A stretch of 64,000 bases of DNA from Candidatus Bathyarchaeia archaeon (GCA_050012255.1 JBEKHN010000004.1:32001-96000); one strand, 5' to 3'. Positions 1 to 9,760 are shown, counted from the stretch's first letter. Translations and numbers: made by a program. Notes: generated by a model not told the origin, from the sequence alone.

Positions 1-1000
1 TTCATTCACACTTCCAAAGTCAGAGGGTGAATACGCATTTTCTTTTCCAAGTTTCCGTAAGATACGGCAGATCTACGAAAGAGAGCGAATCGATGTTCTT
101 CACTGTCACATTCCATCGCTCCTATCTCTTGCGTGCGTGCTAGAGGCAAGAAAAAAGGGCGTACCTTCAATAGCCACTAATCACCTCCTTTCTGAAACAT
201 TCTCCCGTAACCTCTTCTTCGACAGCACAAAGTTCAACAAGTTTTTCTACAAGATAGTAAACTCATTCTACAACCTAGTCGACATAGTGTTATGCCCGAG
301 CATCTACGGATTGAAAACACTGAGAAAATACGGCCTAAAAGCAAAAGCACTCGTTCTTAGCAATGGGATAGAACTGTCAAAGTTTAACCCCAATTTAGAC
401 CATGAACAATTCGACAGAGAATTCGGCCTAGGAGAAAAAAACAAGAAGATACTATACGTTGGAAGATTGATGGAAGAAAAAGGCTTGAACATTCTTCTTG
501 ACGCCTACAGTATTGTCCAAACGAGAGCTCCGGACACAAACCTAATCATCGTAGGAAAAGGCCATCTGCGAAGAAATCTTGAAGATCAGGCCAATAGACT
601 TGGCCTAAAGAATGTGATTTTTACTGGGTTCATCTCAGACTCACTGCTAAGGCAGGCTTATGCTTCTTCAGACCTTTTCGTCTTGCCATCCTACGCAGAG
701 ATCCAACCTTTAGTTTTGTTAGAAGCCCTAGCGATGGGGTTGCCGGCTATTGGAACCAGTGTGGGAGGAGTCCCAGAATTAATAGTGAACGGAAGGAACG
801 GTTACATATTGAAACCCGGAGACCACGAAGGCCTTGCTGAAAAAATCACAACGATCCTAAATGATGATCCGCTGAGAGAAGAATTCTCACATTGCAGCCT
901 ACGAATAGCTCGAGGCCACGATATTGAGAAATCGACTGACAAACTTGAAAGGCTCTACACAAGACTCGCACCACAAATCGGAACCCGAACCGCAGGATAG
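1..1000 (+). CDS. Glycosyltransferase family 4 (GT-B), 5'-truncated by the window edge
   Basis: Frame is open from base 2 (..IDVLHCHIP..). GT4 motifs YVGRL.EEKG and EIQPLVLLEALAMGLP. Confidence 0.9.
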   Translation, partial: SFTLPKSEGEYAFSFPSFRKIRQIYERERIDVLHCHIPSLLSLACVLEARKKGVPSIATNHLLSETFSRNLFFDSTKFNKFFYKIVNSFYNLVDIVLCPSIYGLKTLRKYGLKAKALVLSNGIELSKFNPNLDHEQFDREFGLGEKNKKILYVGRLMEEKGLNILLDAYSIVQTRAPDTNLIIVGKGHLRRNLEDQANRLGLKNVIFTGFISDSLLRQAYASSDLFVLPSYAEIQPLVLLEALAMGLPAIGTSVGGVPELIVNGRNGYILKPGDHEGLAEKITTILNDDPLREEFSHCSLRIARGHDIEKSTDKLERLYTRLAPQIGTRTAG

Positions 1001-1165
1001 TCCCTGGTAGAGCCAATGCATGCGCGAATCTTGGCCTGTCCTCACAAGCAACCAAATCATCGCTCAGATTGGTTCTTCTGCAGAGTAAAAACGTTCAGAT
1101 ATTTGCATTAGCTTAAAATACCAATTTGAATTTCATAACCACATGTAAGATGAAGTGAAGCGTCT

Positions 1166-2221
1166 TTGGTAATGACACTAAAGAAAGTTGCAAGAATTGC
1201 AAAGTGTTCTCTGATGCCCAATAGGCCATACCACGTTCAGTGGTTGCTCACGAGAAGATGCAACTACCGATGCAGAGGCTGCAATGTCTGGCGAAACCAA
1301 GATGAAACCGAGCTATCCACAGAACAAGTTAAAAAGGGCTTGAACATTCTCAAGGAGCTTGGCGTCATAGAAGTCGTACTATCTGGAGGGGCGCCTCTTC
1401 TAAGAGATGATATCGGCGAGATCTTGGATTATGCTTCACGCTTTTTCGTGACCACAGTATATGACAATGGAAGTTTGGCGGCGCAAAAGATCGAAGCCTT
1501 GCGCAAAGCAGACTTTGTTGCCATCTCCCTGGACACTTTGGATGCGGAAAAAAACGACCATGCCAAGGGAGTCAAAGGCTCCTGGGACAAGGCAATGAAA
1601 ACGGTCGAAATCCTACACAAAGAAGGAATCAGAGTAAGTATATCCCCCACAATCTCTCAACTTAACCTTCACGAAATCGTACCATTAACCAGATATTTCC
1701 TGCAAAGAAACATCCCAGTCTGGTATTGCCTGTACTCCTACGACGCTTCTGTTGACTCAGATCAGCTTTTCAAAATAGGCAAGAAGAACGAAGAACTTGA
1801 AATCGCTGACAGAGATGCCATGGTGAAACTGTGTGACTCATTGGACGACATGAGAAAGCAATACAGCTACATGCTTGTAACTGGCAAACTCCTGCAAGCC
1901 CTGAAGCAACTTTACTTACACAACGAGCGCATATGGAAGTGTGGGGCACTTCAAAACTTCTTCATGATAGACCATCTTGGAAGAGTCGCAGGCTGTCACC
2001 TTCGCAAACCAGTAGCGTCTATTTTTGATCTGCCCGATGTGTGGAATAGCATCGCATTTGAAAAACTGCGCAAGAGTTACTGCAATTGCACTCAATGCGT
2101 TTATCTCTGCTACATTTTCTATTCTCTCCACGGAAGCGTTCTCGCCAACCTTCAGATGGCGCAAGAACAATGGAAGAACGCGAGACTGTTCCTGAAGAAA
2201 ACGCCACTTGCATCCCTCTGA
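1166..2221 (+). CDS. Radical SAM protein with C-terminal SPASM/Twitch-like Cys domain
   Basis: CNYRCRGC (CX3CX2C); GGAPLLR; C-terminal Cys residues KCGA..AGCH..CNCTQCVYLC. Confidence 0.85.
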   Translation: MVMTLKKVARIAKCSLMPNRPYHVQWLLTRRCNYRCRGCNVWRNQDETELSTEQVKKGLNILKELGVIEVVLSGGAPLLRDDIGEILDYASRFFVTTVYDNGSLAAQKIEALRKADFVAISLDTLDAEKNDHAKGVKGSWDKAMKTVEILHKEGIRVSISPTISQLNLHEIVPLTRYFLQRNIPVWYCLYSYDASVDSDQLFKIGKKNEELEIADRDAMVKLCDSLDDMRKQYSYMLVTGKLLQALKQLYLHNERIWKCGALQNFFMIDHLGRVAGCHLRKPVASIFDLPDVWNSIAFEKLRKSYCNCTQCVYLCYIFYSLHGSVLANLQMAQEQWKNARLFLKKTPLASL

Positions 2222-2252
2222 TGGAACCAAACAGCGATAGAAAATCAGCCTT

Positions 2253-2378
2253 CTATTTCTTTTCGGCAGCTGCTTCGATGTCAGTCAAGCGGTCAAACTG
2301 TCTCCACACGAGCACCAAGTCTCTAGATGTTTGTTTGATGTCAATGTCTTCAAGCTGAAACAGTTCGTGATCGCCCAT
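2253..2378 (-). CDS. Small hypothetical protein (41 aa, MGDHELFQLEDIDIKQTSRDLVLVWRQFDRLTDIEAAAEKK)
   Basis: Read manually from ATG 2378 to TAG 2253. Fills the intergenic gap and has an upstream AAAATATTTAAA TATA-like element near 2412-2424. Confidence 0.5.
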   Translation of the reverse strand: MGDHELFQLEDIDIKQTSRDLVLVWRQFDRLTDIEAAAEKK

Positions 2379-2509
2379 CTAGTAGATCGTTACTGTTTTA
2401 GGGTTTGGTTTGTTTAAATATTTTGCGGGGCGACTTAAGTCTTAATGCGCGAGAAAACCACTCTCACCTGTCTGAAGTCAAAATCCCGCGTCTCTCTTTC
2501 TGATGACTT

Positions 2510-3109
2510 TCACAGAACCAGATTCTCTAATACCATGCACGAAATCTGAAACACTTCTCCCTCGTTCAGGATGTCCGTGTCTAGAATGAAATTGAAAGGA
2601 GCATAATCGTCTCCCAAACTGAAACCATACATTTTCTTGTAGATGACCTTTGTCTGCCTCTCTTTACGTTTCAACGCTTCAAGAGCCTCTTTGAAGCTTA
2701 TCTTGTCCCTTCCAGCTATTCTTTCAGCCCTCTTTTCTGCTGACGCCTCAAGCCAAATCTTGAAGCCCTTCTTGAGAAGCCACGGCATGGTCCAACTGTC
2801 TAAGACCACGTTCCCCTGCTGTGCTATTCGCAAGAGTTTCTTGTCAACAGCCTGGTCGAATCGAGGGTCTCTGCCTCTCTTTTCCAGAAACCGCATCCCT
2901 TCTCCACTTTCCCACCAGCCACGTTCAACATGCCTGTACCCCTCTTCAACAGCCAGCGCCATCAACGCAGCTCCACCCGAGAAATACTTGAGCCCATATT
3001 TCTCAGCGATTTTCTTTGCCAGCGTGCTTTTTCCACTTCCTGCCATCCCGCCTACGCAAATTACTGCGTGCTCTGAGTGCCCTCTCTCAGTCTTCCCTGA
3101 CCGAGCCAT
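2510..3109 (-). CDS. cmk: Cytidylate kinase (archaeal type)
   Basis: P-loop GMAGSGKST; canonical position after eL34. Confidence 0.9.
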   Translation of the reverse strand: MARSGKTERGHSEHAVICVGGMAGSGKSTLAKKIAEKYGLKYFSGGAALMALAVEEGYRHVERGWWESGEGMRFLEKRGRDPRFDQAVDKKLLRIAQQGNVVLDSWTMPWLLKKGFKIWLEASAEKRAERIAGRDKISFKEALEALKRKERQTKVIYKKMYGFSLGDDYAPFNFILDTDILNEGEVFQISCMVLENLVL

Positions 3110-3132
3110 CTGCTTACCTCAGAAACTCAAGC

Positions 3133-3399
3133 TTAAAGCGCCCTGGCAGCCTGTCTCAAAGCAGTCTTGATGCATTCGTGGCAGAGCTGCCCTCCGTGGA
3201 CACGCTGAACTCTCCTTCCGCTTCGGTTGAGCTTCCGGACTTTCGGAGAGCTGTTTGAAACGCCTGCTAGCTGCCGGCCACAGCGGCTGCAGGTTGGCCG
3301 AGCAGCGATCTCATACTTGAACTGTGTGCCGGTCTTTCCGCCTGGTAGGGGTTTGGGTGTGCGTTTTCTGCTCCGCGTGCGCTCGCCAGGTCTCGGCAT
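3133..3399 (-). CDS. rpl34e: 50S ribosomal protein eL34
   Basis: MPRP..R; CSRCG and LCHEC zinc knuckles; operon position. Confidence 0.92.
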   Translation of the reverse strand: MPRPGERTRSRKRTPKPLPGGKTGTQFKYEIAARPTCSRCGRQLAGVSNSSPKVRKLNRSGRRVQRVHGGQLCHECIKTALRQAARAL

Positions 3400-3400
3400 G

Positions 3401-3901
3401 CTACTCGCTCACCTCAATCATCCCAAAGACGTGTGAAAAAGTTGTACCGAAAAGGAGTGAACACAGCAAATACCACCAGATAAGAGAATAGCTGAAAATC
3501 GGTATCGGAAGATTAGCGCCGATTCCTGGAAGATAGGCTATGGCTCGTCCGCTGTAGAACCCACCCAGAACTTGCCACATGAGGAGCAGTGGAATCAGAA
3601 ACAGCAGTGACACTTTCATCGATTGCCACATCATCTTGGTTTGAACCTTCATCATGTACTGTTGCTTTTTCATCAGTTTTTCGATGGTTTTCTTGTCTTT
3701 GTCGCGTTGCGCCTGGCGTAGTTCTTTGTTCCACTCGCCTACCTCTCTTCGTGCAGACCTTGACTGCTCTGGGTTTGTCAGCAGACGGTTCACAGAAGTG
3801 GTCAATAACGATATCAACGCGGCCAAGCTGAATATGAAAAGTGTCGCATATGGAATCGTCTGCAGTATAGGCGGAAGTATATCTAACAACACTTGCATCA
3901 A
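3401..3901 (-). CDS. DUF106 / EMC3-TMCO1 (Oxa1 superfamily) membrane protein
   Basis: TM, coiled coil, TM layout; WWYLLCS motif; canonical position between adk and eL34. Confidence 0.88.
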   Translation of the reverse strand: MMQVLLDILPPILQTIPYATLFIFSLAALISLLTTSVNRLLTNPEQSRSARREVGEWNKELRQAQRDKDKKTIEKLMKKQQYMMKVQTKMMWQSMKVSLLFLIPLLLMWQVLGGFYSGRAIAYLPGIGANLPIPIFSYSLIWWYLLCSLLFGTTFSHVFGMIEVSE

Positions 3902-3903
3902 TT

Positions 3904-4491
3904 CTACGCCACTCCTAACGCTCTGATAATGCTCTCCGCAGCTTCTTGAGGTTTTCCCTCAGCGTTTACAACTATTTTTACAGGCGCACTCATAAATACG
4001 GCACACGCACCAGCAATTGCCCGCGAAAAAGTGAGCTCTTCCCTAACAGAATCTTCCAAGGAAGTGTCTCTTTTTCTACCAGCGTCCTTCATTCTTCTTG
4101 AAGATATTTCGCTTGGGTGGGCTTCAACGAGCACGAGCATTTCGGGCTTCAACAGCTGCAGGTTGTTGCATGAGAGACCGGGAAAATATCCTTCAGGAGT
4201 CTTTATCGACATGTGCGTGTCGATGACTGTTAGGCCGTTAAACGTTCTTGTTCTCTGTGCGACTACTTCGGCGACCTGCCTCTGCAGTTTGCGTTGAGTT
4301 TCCACGCTGTCCTTCCTCATCGCGTCTCTTTCCATGGGTCTCCCAGATTTATGAAGGATCTCCATCATGACCGTTCCATAGTTTATCACGCTGACTTCAA
4401 CGCCGGCTTTTTCCGCAAGCTTCTCGATGAAACTGCAAACAGTGGTCTTTCCAGTTCCAGGTATTCCAGTAACGATTATCGTCTTGCTCAT
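3904..4491 (-). CDS. adkA: Adenylate kinase (archaeal type)
   Basis: GIPGTGKTT; DTH..IKTP.GY.PGL; follows secY. Confidence 0.93.
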   Translation of the reverse strand: MSKTIIVTGIPGTGKTTVCSFIEKLAEKAGVEVSVINYGTVMMEILHKSGRPMERDAMRKDSVETQRKLQRQVAEVVAQRTRTFNGLTVIDTHMSIKTPEGYFPGLSCNNLQLLKPEMLVLVEAHPSEISSRRMKDAGRKRDTSLEDSVREELTFSRAIAGACAVFMSAPVKIVVNAEGKPQEAAESIIRALGVA

Positions 4492-4494
4492 GGG

Positions 4495-5976
4495 CTATTC
4501 TCCGAATATGCGCCTAAACGCCGGATACATTTCAGCTGCTCTTTCCTGCATCAGCGATTCGTAGTACTGGTAGATTATCCCCACGGAAAGTAGAATGCCG
4601 ATCCCTGAACCGAAGACTCCGAAGAAGTCTGTGAGCCCTGCGACAAGTCCGACCGCTATTCCGCCGAGAACAGTGACGGCTGGAATGTAACGCTTGAGTA
4701 TCGACTCTATGGCCTTTCCTGATCGTCTGTATCCTGGAATCTGCATGCCAGCATCCACGAGCTGTTGTGCAACTGTAGACGGCCCTAGACCGCCAACCTC
4801 AAGCCAAGTAAGCGAGAAGATGACGCAAAAGGCTATGAGAATTCCAAGGTAACCAAGGGCCTTCCATGGATCCAACATTACGTCTGTGAAGCTGCGAGGT
4901 GCCAACACGTAGTAGACGATGCCTCCTACGGGCGTTATCGTGGGCTGCGCAGTTGATCCTGCAGTAGCGGCAGGTTGCACGACTGTGAACTGTGCTAGAA
5001 TGTCAAGCCACGGGCTTGCCCCTGGTTTTGGCTGGCCGCTCATGCTCCAGAAGAGTTGTGAGAAAAAGTAAACGTTAGCGAACAAGGCGGAAGCGAAAAT
5101 AACTGGCAGGTTCGACACGTACAAGAGTTTTATCGGGTATCTGCTACGGTAACCCTTGTAGCCAGCATAGGATAAAGGCAGTTCGACCCTTACGCCTTCC
5201 ATGTAGATTATCACCAAGAAAGCGATGATCGTGGCTATGAAGCCGAGCAGCGTCGGGTTTGATGAGACAAGCTTGCCCGCGGTGTCCACGTATTGTCTAA
5301 GCCAAAGGTTCGATAGCGATTGACCTGAGGACAGGGATTGACCCAATTTGACGAAGAATCCGTAGGCTCCCGTCTCGCCGATGGCAGGTGCAGGTGAGAA
5401 GGACTGCCAGAAGATGTGCTGTGCGACGCCGGCCATGATGAACAGGCTTATTCCGCTGCCGAACCCCCATCCTTTCTGAACAAGCTCATCCATTAATAGC
5501 ACAATGACTCCCGCCGCGATTAGTTGCAAGAAGACGATTACAGCCGTGGTTCCAGGTAGGGCGCCGTACATTCCGCCGACTATGTAAGCTGCTGCTTGAA
5601 CTCCTGTGAGAGCAATGGAGAACACTTTGCTTGCTGATGTAAACAGACTCCTGTCTTCAGCGTTACTCATATCAGCTTCAATCATGTTTGAGCCGGCGAG
5701 GAGCTGCAGTATGAGCCCGGCAGTCACTATGGGGCCTATTCCAAGCTCCATGAGGCTGCCGCGGGTCGAGGCAAAAATGATCCTCAGAGCTGCAAGCTGC
5801 CCCAGCGCGCTCGTCTGAATTCCGTAGAGAGGAACCTCTGACATGACTAGGAACATTATTAGGACAAGCGCAGTCCAGAAGATTTTTTCGTTGAACCGAA
5901 CCCTGCGTTCTGGAAGTTTTATTTCTGGTATGACTCTTGCAACAGGCTTGAATAACGAGAGAAACCTACCGGCCAT
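4495..5976 (-). CDS. secY: Preprotein translocase subunit SecY/Sec61alpha
   Basis: GSLMELGIGPIVTAG, GSGISLFI, YPIKLLYVSNLP, IPGYR. Confidence 0.97.
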   Translation of the reverse strand: MAGRFLSLFKPVARVIPEIKLPERRVRFNEKIFWTALVLIMFLVMSEVPLYGIQTSALGQLAALRIIFASTRGSLMELGIGPIVTAGLILQLLAGSNMIEADMSNAEDRSLFTSASKVFSIALTGVQAAAYIVGGMYGALPGTTAVIVFLQLIAAGVIVLLMDELVQKGWGFGSGISLFIMAGVAQHIFWQSFSPAPAIGETGAYGFFVKLGQSLSSGQSLSNLWLRQYVDTAGKLVSSNPTLLGFIATIIAFLVIIYMEGVRVELPLSYAGYKGYRSRYPIKLLYVSNLPVIFASALFANVYFFSQLFWSMSGQPKPGASPWLDILAQFTVVQPAATAGSTAQPTITPVGGIVYYVLAPRSFTDVMLDPWKALGYLGILIAFCVIFSLTWLEVGGLGPSTVAQQLVDAGMQIPGYRRSGKAIESILKRYIPAVTVLGGIAVGLVAGLTDFFGVFGSGIGILLSVGIIYQYYESLMQERAAEMYPAFRRIFGE

Positions 5977-5986
5977 GGGCTAACCG

Positions 5987-6427
5987 CTACGCTCCAGTTT
6001 CCTGTTTCTCTTCCAAGACTTGCCCACCTGCATCCTTTATTTTTTCAGCCGCTGACTTCGAAAACGCTGGCACTTTCACGACGAGGGCCTTGCTTATCTT
6101 ACCCGTGCCAAGAAGCTTCGTGTAACCGAGGCTTTCCAAATCGATGAAAGACTTGCCTTCCTCCTTCTTCACGGCGAACTTTTCAGCCATTCCGTCGAGT
6201 GTCCCAACATTTATTACGTTCACTTTTTCTCTGAGACTCTTCGCAGAAGTGAAGCCGTGTTTCCCATAATAATCTGGCTCATACTTAATGATGTAGGACC
6301 ACAACGCCTTGTGTCGACCAGGGTTCCGTCTGCCCTTCGACCCCGTTCTCCTGTGCTGACCTACCCTACCCCAGCCTTGAGTTCTTGAACCCCGTCTCTT
6401 TCTAGTCTTTCTGAGCTTGTGCGGCAT
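5987..6427 (-). CDS. rpl15: 50S ribosomal protein uL15
   Basis: RKRRGSRT.GWGRVGQHR; KLLGTG; precedes secY. Confidence 0.95.
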   Translation of the reverse strand: MPHKLRKTRKRRGSRTQGWGRVGQHRRTGSKGRRNPGRHKALWSYIIKYEPDYYGKHGFTSAKSLREKVNVINVGTLDGMAEKFAVKKEEGKSFIDLESLGYTKLLGTGKISKALVVKVPAFSKSAAEKIKDAGGQVLEEKQETGA

Positions 6428-6430
6428 CGT

Positions 6431-6886
6431 CTAACCAGCCATTTTGTTCATGGCCTTCTCTTCAACAGCCTTTTTTAATCGTATTTCGAGAACGCCATTC
6501 TTATACGTTGTGTATATAGTGTCGGGAATCACTCTTTTTGGAAGATTTAAGCTTTTGTAGTACTTGCGGTCCGAAGTCCTGGCGGACAGGGTTAGCTTCT
6601 GGTTTTTGACGTTGATTCTCAGGTTTTCTCTGTTGAAACCCGCGAACTCTGCGAAAACTGCTATCTCGTCGTTTTCTTCAACGACGTCGATCAGCGGCTT
6701 TGGGTCTTTCAACTTTTCCTCAGGTATCTTTTGAACCTTGTATCTGGACGTGACTGCGCGCCGCTTGGAAGTTGAACTCTTGACGAGAAACGTTCTAGGA
6801 GGACTTCTTTCTTTAACTTTGTTGAAAACCTTGAAAATGTTGAATTTTCTCAAGCTTTTTTTGTTTCTCCGCCATCTCGCGCTCAA
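6431..6886 (-). CDS. Hsp20/alpha-crystallin family small heat-shock protein with basic N-terminus
   Basis: PLIDVVE..DEIAVFAEFAG and TYKNGVLEIRLKK. Start re-called to TTG 6886 behind a GGAGG SD. Confidence 0.88.
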   Translation of the reverse strand: MSARWRRNKKSLRKFNIFKVFNKVKERSPPRTFLVKSSTSKRRAVTSRYKVQKIPEEKLKDPKPLIDVVEENDEIAVFAEFAGFNRENLRINVKNQKLTLSARTSDRKYYKSLNLPKRVIPDTIYTTYKNGVLEIRLKKAVEEKAMNKMAG

Positions 6887-6923
6887 CTCTGTCCTCCCCC
6901 GCATACATGGCATTTGAAAAGCA

Positions 6924-6933
6924 ACTATAAAAC
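6924..6933 (-). promoter_or_regulatory. Putative TATA box (TTTTATAG) for hsp20-uL15-secY
   Basis: Minus strand CGTTTTATAGTT about 40 nt upstream of the hsp20 start, just after a T-tract. Confidence 0.5.
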
Positions 6934-6949
6934 GTATCGCAAGCGGAAC

Positions 6950-6965
6950 GCAAAAAACGAGAACA
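6950..6965 (-). terminator. Putative oligo-T terminator after uL30
   Basis: Minus strand TTCTCGTTTTTTG about 15-25 nt after the uL30 stop. Confidence 0.4.
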
Positions 6966-6976
6966 GCCGCGGAGCC

Positions 6977-7465
6977 CTAGAGCATTCTTCTCAGGAGTTC
7001 GTTGATTTTCTCTCCGCGGTATCCCAGCTCCCCGCCTGAGCCGTATCCTCTTTTGATCTTTCCCTTGAAACCCTTGGATGGCGGGTGAAGCCTGAAGACG
7101 GGCTGTATGCTGGGCAGTTTCCAGTATTCGAAGCGGCAGGTGTGAGTTGCTTCTGCCAGATCATCAAGCGAGGTGAAACCAGCTTTTTGTGCGTATTCAT
7201 CCGTCAGTTTCTTGTCACCGGCGATTCTTCCCTTCTCCCTTATCATCATGGTGACAAGTTCCTTTGAAGCTTCGCCGTACGTTATGTAGTCCCGTGCGGC
7301 TTTCAGCATGCCAAGATATGACGGTCTGTCATCGATCAGCACGGCATAGTTGTTCCTCGTCAAATGCAACATCTGCAGGGTTTCTCTAGCCTGCATCGAA
7401 GCGCTAATAGTTCCGCGAATTCTCGCAACTGCGATGCACTTTCGTTCCTTGGTTTCTTGAGCCAA
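6977..7465 (-). CDS. rpl30: 50S ribosomal protein uL30
   Basis: IAVARIRG; FRLHPP.KGF; GELGYRG. Confidence 0.95.
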   Translation of the reverse strand: MAQETKERKCIAVARIRGTISASMQARETLQMLHLTRNNYAVLIDDRPSYLGMLKAARDYITYGEASKELVTMMIREKGRIAGDKKLTDEYAQKAGFTSLDDLAEATHTCRFEYWKLPSIQPVFRLHPPSKGFKGKIKRGYGSGGELGYRGEKINELLRRML

Positions 7466-8140
7466 CTATCTCACCCAGTCTGTCGGAGTTATGAGACCAT
7501 AGGTCTGCTTCAACGCGTCAAAAACCGCGTACGCAAAGGAAGGAATGGTTCTTGTTGAACCGTAGGTTCGGGTCCAACAGTCTTTCACGCCCGATAGGCC
7601 AAGTATCACCTTTGACACTTCGCTTGCCACGATGCCTAAGCCTCTGGGGCCTGGGACAAAAATCACTCTCACCCCGCCGGTTTTACCCTCAATCTGGAAG
7701 GGTATCGAGTGTGGCCTTCCGCACCCACATTCCCAGCTTCCACATCCGCGTCTGACCGGAACGATCTTCAACCGGGCGTCTGTGGCCGCTTTTTCTATGG
7801 CATTCCGCACCTGGCTGGCCTTTCCTGAGCCCAAGCCTATGTAGCCGTCTCTGTTTCCAACGGCAACTATTGCCTTGAACCTGGATTTTTCGCCGGCGTC
7901 GGTCTGCTTTTGAACCAAGTTTATGTTTATGACTTCTTCTTGGAGGTCCGGTATGAGAGCATCAACAATCTGAGACTCGCGCAGTTGCAGACCTGCCATG
8001 AAAACTTCTTCGATCGAGGTGATTCTGCCCTCTTGAATCATCTTTCCTAAGCGTGTTCTTGGAACCCAGTGCTCCATCTTTTCTGAGGATTCTCTCGCAC
8101 GGTCTCTCCTACTGTCTCTCCTACGGCCTCTGAACGTCAA
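7466..8140 (-). CDS. rps5: 30S ribosomal protein uS5
   Basis: WVPRTRLG, QKQTDAGE, RRGCGSWEC. Confidence 0.96.
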   Translation of the reverse strand: MTFRGRRRDSRRDRARESSEKMEHWVPRTRLGKMIQEGRITSIEEVFMAGLQLRESQIVDALIPDLQEEVININLVQKQTDAGEKSRFKAIVAVGNRDGYIGLGSGKASQVRNAIEKAATDARLKIVPVRRGCGSWECGCGRPHSIPFQIEGKTGGVRVIFVPGPRGLGIVASEVSKVILGLSGVKDCWTRTYGSTRTIPSFAYAVFDALKQTYGLITPTDWVR

Positions 8141-8745
8141 TTCTTCTTACCTCTGCTTTTGAATGCAGCAACCATGTTCGACTTGACTTTTGCGAAGTGT
8201 TTGGGAAGAGTTTCTGGTCGAATTTTCTGCTCCAAGTATTTTGAGAACCTTGTCTGATACTCTTCAGCGTTGGACGCAAGGCCTTCTGCGTACTTGGCGA
8301 TGTGTTCGCCTTCGATTCTCTTTTCATCGGGCAATTTTTCCTCGCTGTGGGGCACGTTCACCTTTGCGTCTAGGACTCCCCTGAGCACGGCGAAGACTCT
8401 TGCTCCTTTGGAAGGCTGATAGAGTCCTATGTCTAGGATTGCTTCTCCTATCCCGTGAGCCTTGGCTTTCAGGCCGCACAAGAAGCCAGTGAGATATGCT
8501 GCTGGAAGGTTCCCCCGGGGGGCCTTCCATCCGTACTTCTTGGCTAGTTCCCTGCTGTGAGCAGAGATGAGAACTTGGTCTCCTCTCGGCTTGGCCACGA
8601 TTATCTGGGCAGTTGTGTTGTTGATGCTTGTGCGAGTCACCAGCCGAGGCTTGCCAGAAAGTATGAAGGCTTTTCTAGCCTTGTAATCCGTTTTTCCCTC
8701 TCTTCTGCGACGGAATTTGGTGCAGTAGCGTGCGTTTTTCGCCAC
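8137..8745 (-). CDS. rpl18: 50S ribosomal protein uL18
   Basis: RRRREGKTDY; NLPAAYLTG. Confidence 0.96.
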   Translation of the reverse strand: MAKNARYCTKFRRRREGKTDYKARKAFILSGKPRLVTRTSINNTTAQIIVAKPRGDQVLISAHSRELAKKYGWKAPRGNLPAAYLTGFLCGLKAKAHGIGEAILDIGLYQPSKGARVFAVLRGVLDAKVNVPHSEEKLPDEKRIEGEHIAKYAEGLASNAEEYQTRFSKYLEQKIRPETLPKHFAKVKSNMVAAFKSRGKKN

Positions 8746-9200
8746 TAACGTTTCCTCCAGAGCTCATGCGCCTTCAGATAGCGCTCCATGTCAGCAACCG
8801 ATTCAAACCTGCCGCTGCCTGCCATCCTGTACAGTTTTTGGTAGGCACTTTCAGGGAAGACCTTTTTCGCTTTTAATCCTTGGAGCCTCTTTCTTAAAGC
8901 CCTAATCTTGCTCATCCAGGCCTCTTTCTTTGAAACTCTTGCCTTCGCGGAGCCGGTTCTGCTCCCAGGACCTCTTCGTCTTCCCTTCTTTTTCTTATCG
9001 TGCAGGATTCGGGCTCTCGCACGGCTCACACCCGTCACGGGCAGTGACTTTATGGTGCCTTCATGGACGAGTCTTCTGATTTCGTCACGAGTCATCGCGG
9101 TTTCTACGTCAACCGTTCTTTCAGGGTCTATCCAGACGCGGTTTCGCCCAACCTTCATTATTTGAGCTGCAAGGCGGCGCTGATTTCGGAGGCTTGTCAT
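8745..9200 (-). CDS. rpl19e: 50S ribosomal protein eL19
   Basis: QRRLAA; RVWIDP; RGPGSRTG. Confidence 0.96.
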   Translation of the reverse strand: MTSLRNQRRLAAQIMKVGRNRVWIDPERTVDVETAMTRDEIRRLVHEGTIKSLPVTGVSRARARILHDKKKKGRRRGPGSRTGSAKARVSKKEAWMSKIRALRKRLQGLKAKKVFPESAYQKLYRMAGSGRFESVADMERYLKAHELWRKR

Positions 9201-9760
9201 TGCTTCCTCGTTCTCCCTTTACGTTTCTTGGTCTTTTTATCTGGCTGCGCTTTCTCTGTTGCAAGGGCTTCTTCCGCTTCTTTAGGTTGTGCTTGCGTTT
9301 CTTCGGCGCCTTCCTCTTCTTTCTCTTCCTTCTCTTCTGCCGACTTCTTTCCAGCTACTTCTCTGGCCTGCCTCAGGTTGAGAACAACTATTTTCTTTTT
9401 TCTTGCTTCTGCAAGGATTTTGGTTCGCTTTCTTTTGCCAACTGTGTGTGCAATGCGCAGAGCCTGCGTGTTCGGCGTTACTTTGCTGACCTGTTCAACG
9501 TTGTAAACCAGGATCTCCTCATAGCCTGAGGGGTGAAGACCCCTGGAAACCCGCGGCCCTCCGTATCCAGAACTCACTGGTGGGGGCCAGCCTTTGATGT
9601 ACATTCTGACCTTGTTGTCCAAGCCTCGTGGGTTGCGCCAGTTTTCCTTCAGACGCACGTATCGCCAGCTCTCTGGCCTCGCAAACTTTGGCTTTCCTTT
9701 CTTAACGCGCTCTCTCAGCTTCAAAGCTCTTTTACGTGTGATCGCGTTTGGCTCCGTCAT
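9197..9760 (-). CDS. rpl32e: 50S ribosomal protein eL32 with charged C-terminal tail
   Basis: WRNPRGLDNK; GLHPSG. Confidence 0.95.
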   Translation of the reverse strand: MTEPNAITRKRALKLRERVKKGKPKFARPESWRYVRLKENWRNPRGLDNKVRMYIKGWPPPVSSGYGGPRVSRGLHPSGYEEILVYNVEQVSKVTPNTQALRIAHTVGKRKRTKILAEARKKKIVVLNLRQAREVAGKKSAEEKEEKEEEGAEETQAQPKEAEEALATEKAQPDKKTKKRKGRTRKQ

